A DNA stretch of 64,000 bases from a virus: the IMG/VR virus record IMGVR_UViG_3300045988_098422; one strand, 5' to 3'. The position numbers were made by a program, and so were the translations under genes. The notes under the pieces were generated by a model. The model had not been told where the DNA came from, did not search any database, and saw nothing but the letters and a program-made list of their open reading frames with translations. Of the stretch, positions 53,644 to 59,949 are shown in pieces (within the stretch, counting starts at the first letter, position 1; each line of letters begins with the position of its first letter).

Positions 53644-53654
53644 TGCGTATATTT
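53644..53654 (+). promoter_or_regulatory. TGCGTATATTT motif, copy 2
   Basis: Exact 11-mer; 55 nt upstream of ATG 53709; flanked by related AAAATGCGT repeats at about 53597 and 53668. Confidence 0.4.
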
Positions 53655-53708
53655 ACACACTCTTAAAAATGCGTAGAAGAGTTAGTATTAACTTAAAATT
53701 ATCAAATC

Positions 53709-54596
53709 ATGTACAAAGACTTTGTAAATGTAACCCCTGAAAGCGGTGGCGCAGGCACTACTCCGATAGCTGTTGCCGCTGATGAAAACGAAGGAGCTGC
53801 ACGCAGCACTTCACTCAATATTGCGGGTGGCGGTGTGACACGAACTGTCTCTATCACTCAAAAGAAAATGCTTGTGGAAAACCAAATTGAAGTTAAATAT
53901 TGGTTAGACGCAGCAACTAGCGGGACAGGCAAGTCAATTTATTTGGAAGCCTATGCAAACAATGATGTAGCAAGCAACCTGAAAATTAACTTTAGCATTG
54001 ACCAACAGGGACCGACAGGCGAATGGGAAACCAACACTCCAGTAGAAATACTGATAAATACTGGAGATAACGCTTCCACAACTTATGAAATTCCATATTA
54101 TGATTACGGATGGCGTTTTCATGAAGAAGTGGCTACTATTACCCCTTCTCAAGATGAAGATTTTATTTATGATTTTGCAGGATTCATTGAAGAATTTAGG
54201 GCTCCAGAAATTGGTATCTGGAAAATAAACACGCTTACAGGAGAACCAAATGGAGGAGAAGCAACAAACCCATCAGCCGTTTATCAAGTTTCTTCAAACG
54301 CTGACTTCAAAAAAGTTTTGACTTTTGCTTCTTTGGGTGGAGTTACTTTTTATGATGAAAGCGGTTTAGCAAGTATGACACTTACTTGGTTACAAATCCA
54401 ATATTCAGATGAAATTGGGCAAAAGCCATACGCTATTTCTGTTCGGGGTGGCTTTACAGGAGTATCAGAATTAAACACTATGCTTTGGAGTGGTAAATTC
54501 CAAAATGGAGTTATTAATGCAACTTATCAAGCCCAATTTAAAATAGATGGCGTTATTCGCAATTTTAAATGGCGAATTCAAGGAGCACACATTTAA
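53709..54596 (+). CDS. poly-G paralog family member E (no tract; GG encoded GGT GGC; constitutively in frame)
   Basis: MYKDFVNVTPESGGAGTTPIAVAADENEGAARSTSLNIAGGG; 295 aa, longer divergent C-domain. Confidence 0.75.
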   Translation: MYKDFVNVTPESGGAGTTPIAVAADENEGAARSTSLNIAGGGVTRTVSITQKKMLVENQIEVKYWLDAATSGTGKSIYLEAYANNDVASNLKINFSIDQQGPTGEWETNTPVEILINTGDNASTTYEIPYYDYGWRFHEEVATITPSQDEDFIYDFAGFIEEFRAPEIGIWKINTLTGEPNGGEATNPSAVYQVSSNADFKKVLTFASLGGVTFYDESGLASMTLTWLQIQYSDEIGQKPYAISVRGGFTGVSELNTMLWSGKFQNGVINATYQAQFKIDGVIRNFKWRIQGAHI

Positions 54597-54608
54597 CGTA
54601 TAAATAAC

Positions 54609-54626
54609 GGGGAACTCCGGTTCCCC
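54609..54626 (+). terminator. terminator hairpin
   Basis: GGGGAAC-TCCG-GTTCCCC. Confidence 0.6.
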
Positions 54627-54652
54627 TATTGTTTCACTTAATAATTATAATT

Positions 54653-55304
54653 ATGAAGAAAGATTTTGTAACAATTACCCCAGATACGGGGGGGGGGCTC
54701 GGCTACTCCACAAGTAACCGCTGAACCCAATGTGACGGCACAGTCACGCTCAACAACTCTCAATTTTGATGCCAACGGAAAGCAGCTTAAATCCGTTCAA
54801 GTCAATCAACTCGGTATTCCATGGTTCATAAATGTGTGTACCGCCATTCAGGGCGAAATAACTGAAGCCAATACAAACGTCGGACATTCTTTAAAAGAAG
54901 TGGATTTTTCGCCTAGTGGCGATGGTGGTAGTATGCCAAATATTCCATTCTTTCAGTATGATTTTGAAATAAATAATTTCAATTACACCAGTAAGACGGT
55001 TTGGTATTTAGCTCTGGAAGCTAATATATTAGGTACTTTGATTGATACCAATACGGAATATTTAATTCTGGAATTTGATTTAGGCAAAGGAGATGGGTGG
55101 GAACGAATGGAATTTATGTGGGAAAATACCTTTGAGGGCTATCAATATTGGCGCAATACGACACCCAACGTTTACCCCAATGAATATCCGACAGTTAAAA
55201 CTGTCCAAATGCGAGTTGGAATTGGTGATAATACTGACCCAGAGCCTATTCATACTTATCTTGCTCAATTTACAGTAAATATCGTATTAAGCCCCCGACC
55301 CTAG
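54653..55304 (+). CDS. poly-G paralog family member C (G10, frame-shifted OFF as written)
   Basis: ATG 54653 gives MKKDFVTITPDTGGGLGYSTSNR then stop. With G9 it reads TGGGSATPQVTAEPNVTAQSRSTTLNFDANGKQLK, in frame with tracked ORF 54732..55304. Confidence 0.7.
54688..54697 (+). repeat. G10 homopolymer
   Basis: atacGGG GGGGGGGctc counted directly. Confidence 0.95.
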
Positions 55305-55339
55305 CGTAGCCAACATGATTTGATTACGCATTTGGATAA

Positions 55340-55357
55340 GCCGGAAAATTTTCCGGC
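55340..55357 (+). terminator. terminator hairpin of cassette
   Basis: GCCGGAAAATTTTCCGGC (identical to 30605) then TTTTTCTTTG. Confidence 0.75.
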
Positions 55358-55363
55358 TTTTTC

Positions 55364-55394
55364 TTTGCCAATCCAATTTATCTGCCTATCTTTG
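55364..55394 (+). promoter_or_regulatory. Bacteroidota-type promoter in conserved cassette
   Basis: TTTG 55364-67, 19-nt spacer, TATCTTTG 55387-94, leader GGGTGTCAAATTAAAA. Confidence 0.7.
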
Positions 55395-55410
55395 GGGTGT
55401 CAAATTAAAA

Positions 55411-55701
55411 ATGGATTTAGTTATGGAAGTACAAGTAGTTAAAACAACAGTAAAAGCCGCAGCTGGAGTTAAAGAAACGAATTATGCTGCAATTATAAAC
55501 AAGTATTGTAGACAAATCGGTTTCATTACTGATGATGGTATTTATTTAGAACTTTATGACCAAAACCTAAGAGGTTTTGGTATAGGTAGTTTTCAGAAAA
55601 TAGATACAGGCGATGCCAAACCGTTTAGATGGTTATGCAAAATAGTAGAAGATAATTGGGACGCTATGTACGACCGCTATACTTTGGCGATAAAAGGATA
55701 A
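55411..55701 (+). CDS. hypothetical protein
   Basis: Tracked ORF, 96 aa. Confidence 0.55.
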   Translation: MDLVMEVQVVKTTVKAAAGVKETNYAAIINKYCRQIGFITDDGIYLELYDQNLRGFGIGSFQKIDTGDAKPFRWLCKIVEDNWDAMYDRYTLAIKG

Positions 55702-55874
55702 GGAAAGATATTTAGATATACGTATAATAGACGTTGACATAACATTATTTTATTATTTAAGCGAATACTTTTTGTATTTTACCCGAAGCGTCGGGGTTAA
55801 CAAGATGAAACCCGTGAGGGCGGATATTGTCGTAGTAACACGAGTTTTAAAGATTATGTTTATTGATTGGCATG

Positions 55875-55896
55875 GGGCGGAGAATATTCTCCGCCC
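55875..55896 (+). terminator. terminator hairpin
   Basis: GGGCGGAGAATATTCTCCGCCC perfect 22-nt palindrome then TTGCTTTTT. Confidence 0.7.
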
Positions 55897-55927
55897 TTGC
55901 TTTTTCAAAGAAATTGATTTACCTTTG
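55897..55927 (+). promoter_or_regulatory. Bacteroidota-type promoter
   Basis: TTG 55897-99, 20-nt spacer, TACCTTTG 55920-27. Confidence 0.65.
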
Positions 55928-55944
55928 TATTTTAAACAACCAAA

Positions 55945-56400
55945 ATGATGAGACCTTTAGTAATAGTTGGAACCTGCAAAGAATTGCATAAGTGCGCTCG
56001 GTTGCTTGACAGGTTTGGATATATACCTGTCAATTGCCGGATACCTACGTGTGACAATCACGATGGGGGTTTCATTATACTCAATCGTGAGGGCGAGTTT
56101 AGGTTCTCAACATGCAATTTGTACGCAAATTTGGACTGCATGGTAACAGCCTCTGACTTCCTAAAGAATTACGGGGGTTTAGGAATACGCAGCCCGTACA
56201 GCCTAAAGAACATCTATTTTGCCTGCACACTTGGTTTGTTGGTTATGGGTATGGAAGGAAGCCTTCCTGTCGGTAGAATGTGGCTATTGGCTTTCTTTGC
56301 TATTAATATACCACTACATTTTAAAACGATTAAAACATGGTTTACACATGGGAAAGAAAGAAGATTTGGAAAGAGAAGAGCAAAAGCTGATAAAGATTAA
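55945..56400 (+). CDS. hypothetical membrane protein
   Basis: Tracked ORF, 151 aa; C-terminal TM segments IYFACTLGLLVMGM, WLLAFFAINIPL. Confidence 0.5.
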   Translation: MMRPLVIVGTCKELHKCARLLDRFGYIPVNCRIPTCDNHDGGFIILNREGEFRFSTCNLYANLDCMVTASDFLKNYGGLGIRSPYSLKNIYFACTLGLLVMGMEGSLPVGRMWLLAFFAINIPLHFKTIKTWFTHGKERRFGKRRAKADKD

Positions 56401-56824
56401 GTTATTGCTCGTAAAGGATTTTGAAGAACTGGATAAGGGGGAGTTACAAGTATTGCGTAACTACACCCGTGAAGTGTACCACATTGCGGGTGAAATAAAA
56501 TTGGGAGTAAATGAGTTGCTTAATGCTTATCTAATTTTTAAACGCAAGTTTATCACCACTTTGGAAACTGTTGCGGTATGTCCTTATCCGATGATAGAAG
56601 CGGGCGGGAGCTTCGTAGCTGCACAAACTACGTATGCCCCAATAGCTGTTACGACATTTGACGGAGTTTTTAGCTCTTCTAAGGAAACTTTTACTATTAA
56701 CGGATGGCAAAGTTTACCCGTACTCACAGTGTTCTATTTTGACGACAGTACCGAGGTGTGTTGTCTTGCTCCTAATGGACATTTTTGCCGGATAACGAGC
56801 AAGACTTTGCAGTTTGATATATAA
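56348..56824 (+). CDS. hypothetical protein
   Basis: First ATG (56348, MGKKEDLEREE) of tracked ORF 56219..56824 that gives a protein-like N-terminus; 53-nt overlap with the upstream gene remains. Confidence 0.4.
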   Translation: MGKKEDLEREEQKLIKIKLLLVKDFEELDKGELQVLRNYTREVYHIAGEIKLGVNELLNAYLIFKRKFITTLETVAVCPYPMIEAGGSFVAAQTTYAPIAVTTFDGVFSSSKETFTINGWQSLPVLTVFYFDDSTEVCCLAPNGHFCRITSKTLQFDI

Positions 56825-56835
56825 TGCGTATATTT
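56825..56835 (+). promoter_or_regulatory. TGCGTATATTT motif, copy 3
   Basis: Exact 11-mer, here followed by G (TATATTTG); 137 nt upstream of ATG 56972. Confidence 0.4.
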
Positions 56836-56881
56836 GTTGCATCAGTCATGAATGAATAAAGTTGAAATGGTGTTTGAAGGC

Positions 56882-56920
56882 GAGCCGCTTTGAGTAGTGA
56901 TACTAGAGGCGGCTCTTTTT
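56882..56920 (+). terminator. rho-independent terminator (long loop)
   Basis: GAGCCGC-20 nt-GCGGCTC then TTTTT. Confidence 0.5.
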
Positions 56921-56932
56921 AACGTATAATCA

Positions 56933-56953
56933 ATGACACGGCTACCGTGTCAT
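56933..56953 (+). other. perfect 9-bp hairpin just upstream of paralog D
   Basis: ATGACACGG-CTA-CCGTGTCAT. Confidence 0.5.
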
Positions 56954-56971
56954 AACTTAAATATTTTAGAT

Positions 56972-57594
56972 ATGAAGAAAGATTTTATTACTGTAACCCC
57001 TGAATCGGGGGGGGGGCAGGCACAACAGTAAACGTTGTTGCTGACCCTAATTTTGGCTCTATGCCTAGAAAAACAACCTTAAATTTTGCGGCAAATGGGC
57101 AACCGCTTAACAAAGGAATAGAAGTTTCTCAAATAGGAAGTTTCTTTCAATTATTTGCTTTTCCCAACTTTACTTTAGCAACAACCTCACCCAATCAACA
57201 GTACATGTTGAAAATGTTTTTGGATAGTTTGGACTATGATGAGGTTGAATTTCAAGGACAAACTTTTAATGTTCCTTATTATGGGGTACAAACTACCAAA
57301 GCCACGGGAGTAACTCTGTATGATGCCTTCTTAGACTTCCATTTATTATTTTCCACAGAAGCAATTAATAGCTTACAAATCACTGAATTTGTGGCTGATG
57401 TTGAATCAAATAATGGAGGGGTAAGCACTGTGTCTTTAACGCCCGCCCAAGTAGAAACAAATTTGGGTGTGTCAGAATTTACACTAAGCACTAAATCACT
57501 TAGTGGATTACAAACTTTGCATCAGGTCACTTTTTATGCCATTATAAACAATGCGAAAGTGCAAATTTGCAGAGTAGGAAATGCCGTTAGATAA
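56972..57594 (+). CDS. poly-G paralog family member D (G10, frame-shifted OFF as written)
   Basis: ATG 56972 gives MKKDFITVTPESGGGQAQQ then stop. With G11 (or G8) it reads SGG(G)AGTTVNVVADPNFGSMPRKTTLNFAANGQPLNK, in frame with tracked ORF 57061..57594. Confidence 0.7.
57007..57016 (+). repeat. G10 homopolymer
   Basis: aatcGGGG GGGGGGcagg counted directly. Confidence 0.95.
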
Positions 57595-57621
57595 TCTGAT
57601 TTGATAATTCTACGCATAAAA

Positions 57622-57648
57622 GAAGCCCGTTTCACAACGGGCTTTCTT
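57622..57648. terminator. bidirectional terminator between convergent + and - genes
   Basis: GAAGCCCGT-TTCACA-ACGGGCTTTC. Confidence 0.6.
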
Positions 57649-57710
57649 CGTCATAATCCATGATTATGGAAATAAAAGGAATTATTCTAAGAGATATTGT
57701 GTATCAGTAC

Positions 57711-57887
57711 CTAAAAGTATAATGGAGTAATCAATTTTTCTGCCACTTCATCATCATACCAACCACCACGCTTGCACCATTCAACCGGAACTTTTGGGTC
57801 TTCAAGAGGCAGACCTAAATCTTTTGCAACAGCTTCAAGTTCTGCCTTACATCCTTCAACTGTTGGTTTTCTATCAAATTGTTTCAT
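57711..57887 (-). CDS. small hypothetical protein (58 aa, below ORF-track cutoff), third gene of minus-strand cassette
   Basis: Hand-translated MKQFDRKPTVEGCKAELEAVAKDLGLPLEDPKVPVEWCKRGGWYDDEVAEKLITPLYF; ATGA overlap with the stop of the upstream minus-strand gene. Confidence 0.5.
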   Translation of the reverse strand: MKQFDRKPTVEGCKAELEAVAKDLGLPLEDPKVPVEWCKRGGWYDDEVAEKLITPLYF

Positions 57888-58456
57888 GATTTAAGAAGTT
57901 CTTTATATTCATCAATAGGGAAATACATACGCCCAAACTTTTCAGCCCACTTTTCAGGATAAATAGTAACGTACTTGTCATGGTCATGAATAGTGGCACA
58001 GGCGATGATACTTGGTAGCCCAATAATTAGCAAGTAGAACCACCCTGACCAACGGGAATTAATGTGATGCCCGTATTCGTGGCTAGCCGTATCCAATCTG
58101 TTGTAAGCCACCTCACTAATGAGGATAAAGTGACCGAGTGTGACGCTACTCGTACCGCCCTTTTTAAAGTAAAAAGCACCCCCACAGTACCCAATGTACC
58201 GCCAACGTGTGAAAATGGCTAATAGAAGCCCTAAGAGGCTTTGTGGCAGCATCCAAACAATGAGCAACAGGTGCACCAACACACAAGTGAGTTTCCCTTT
58301 CGGGTTGAACAGTGGAAAATCATCCTTTGTGACATCCACGCAAAAATTTTCATTCTGGGCGGTTTTGAAATCTTCGTGACCGCTTGCAGTCTTAGTTTGT
58401 AGTTTTTCTTTCATAAGCCAATAATTTTCGGCAAATTTACAAATTATTTTTCTCAA
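57884..58456 (-). CDS. membrane protein with HExxH zincin motif
   Basis: TM LTCVLVHLLLIVWMLPQSLLGLLLAIF, SHEYGHHINS, TM WFYLLIIGLPSIIACATI; alternative start 58414. Confidence 0.55.
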   Translation of the reverse strand: MRKIICKFAENYWLMKEKLQTKTASGHEDFKTAQNENFCVDVTKDDFPLFNPKGKLTCVLVHLLLIVWMLPQSLLGLLLAIFTRWRYIGYCGGAFYFKKGGTSSVTLGHFILISEVAYNRLDTASHEYGHHINSRWSGWFYLLIIGLPSIIACATIHDHDKYVTIYPEKWAEKFGRMYFPIDEYKELLKS

Positions 58457-58982
58457 TAAAATCCTCTACTTCACTGTCAGTAGCGGGTCTAATCTTTAGG
58501 ATATTCAGGTTATCCAAGTCAGATTGTAAAATAGGAAAAGGCAACCGAGTCCGTCCTGACGGAGTAATATACCACCTGTTTTCGTCATCTCGCAAAAGGA
58601 TGGTATCTGGCGTATCTTCGTCTACAAAGATTTCATCAGTGTAGGCTAACACCATTTCTGACCATTCCTTTTCTAGTCCTTCTTTTGGTGCTCGGTTCAG
58701 CCCTGTTCCACTGCCTAGTTTGGGGTTAAGGAAATCTTCTTTGGTTGGTGCAGGTGTTCCACTACCTTGCAAACCTGTTAGGAGAGTGGTGGTGTGATGT
58801 TGTGCGTTTTCCGCAGTAAGACGGGTCACCTCTGCCACTAGTTGCTCTTCTCTGATAGCGTAGTCATTCACTTCACGTTGGAGCTCCCTAATTTGTTTGT
58901 CCTTAACAAATATCTGTTTTTGTAGGCGGTCAATTTCCGCTTCCAAATTTAATTTCTGCAATATTTTTTCCTTTTCTGGCAT
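58437..58982 (-). CDS. coiled-coil hypothetical protein, first gene of minus-strand cassette
   Basis: Tracked ORF, 181 aa; N-terminal heptad-like LQKLNLEAEIDRLQKQIFVKDKQIRELQREV. Confidence 0.55.
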   Translation of the reverse strand: MPEKEKILQKLNLEAEIDRLQKQIFVKDKQIRELQREVNDYAIREEQLVAEVTRLTAENAQHHTTTLLTGLQGSGTPAPTKEDFLNPKLGSGTGLNRAPKEGLEKEWSEMVLAYTDEIFVDEDTPDTILLRDDENRWYITPSGRTRLPFPILQSDLDNLNILKIRPATDSEVEDFIEKNNL

Positions 58983-59580
58983 AATCTTTTTGGATTGTTA
59001 CAGAGCTTATACGTTGTCGGGGTTTATCTTTCCAAGACTTTTAGGAATCACCGCTGAGGATTTTTGTCGTAAGGGGGCTCCAGGGGTTTCTTTATATTAT
59101 TTATTTAACAGTGAATGAGGTATTACGTAGTAATACCGAAATGAGCTAGTAAATAAATAATATTTTATTATCATGATAATCAATTGATTGGGATTGACGT
59201 GCGTACGCGAGGCTCTTCCCAACCCCTTGTGCACGTGTATGTGAGGGGGCGTGCATGGACATGAGGACTGGACAGATAGGAAATATGGACTGACACCACG
59301 ATGATGCGTATAAGGGTCAAAAGCCAATTGGGAGCGTCACATCTGTGGCACTATCGGCTCCGGTAACTAGGCTCATGCAGATATTGACTTCAGGTTTATC
59401 TCACATTTGTCTTGTTTGAATTTTTAAGATTTGTTTTTATTTGACATTGATTGGGGCAGGGGGCGCACAGCCCCCAACTCTTGCCCGTTTCCCACCTAAT
59501 TAGACAGGACGTTTAGGAATTACCCAAATTTTATGTATCTTTACACCGATTAAATTGTTTTGAACTAAAACTTTAAAGAT
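58983..59580. other. about 600-nt divergent non-coding region with GC-rich core
   Basis: No credible ORF. AT-rich flanks surround a GC-rich core at about 59195-59370. Hairpin GGGGGC-GCACA-GCCCCC lies at about 59457-59473. Confidence 0.5.
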
Positions 59581-59931
59581 ATGAAAACAGTTTCACAAAA
59601 AGTAGAGGGTTTCCTTTATAAAACAGCTTTAGCAAATCCGGGAGGCATCCCAGTTCCGGTGTCTATCCAAAGAGCTTTTGCGGTGGGTGTTCCAACAGAA
59701 GATGTAACCGCTCAAAGTTTCGAGCCTGACACAATGCAACAGCCGGAAGGATTTTTGATAATCCCGTTAAAAGCGGGTACGGTGAAAGTGCATTTGGTTG
59801 GAGCTTCCACTTTTGAGGACTACACAATTAGTGAAGCAGAAATTTCTGCTTGGATTGGAAAACCAACTCCTTATCTGGTTGACAAAGTGTACAAAGATGG
59901 GACAACAGCCGAATTGAATATTGGATGGTAA
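59581..59931 (+). CDS. hypothetical protein (start of probable virion module)
   Basis: Tracked ORF, 116 aa. Confidence 0.55.
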   Translation: MKTVSQKVEGFLYKTALANPGGIPVPVSIQRAFAVGVPTEDVTAQSFEPDTMQQPEGFLIIPLKAGTVKVHLVGASTFEDYTISEAEISAWIGKPTPYLVDKVYKDGTTAELNIGW

Positions 59932-59949
59932 AATTAAAATAAGACAAGT

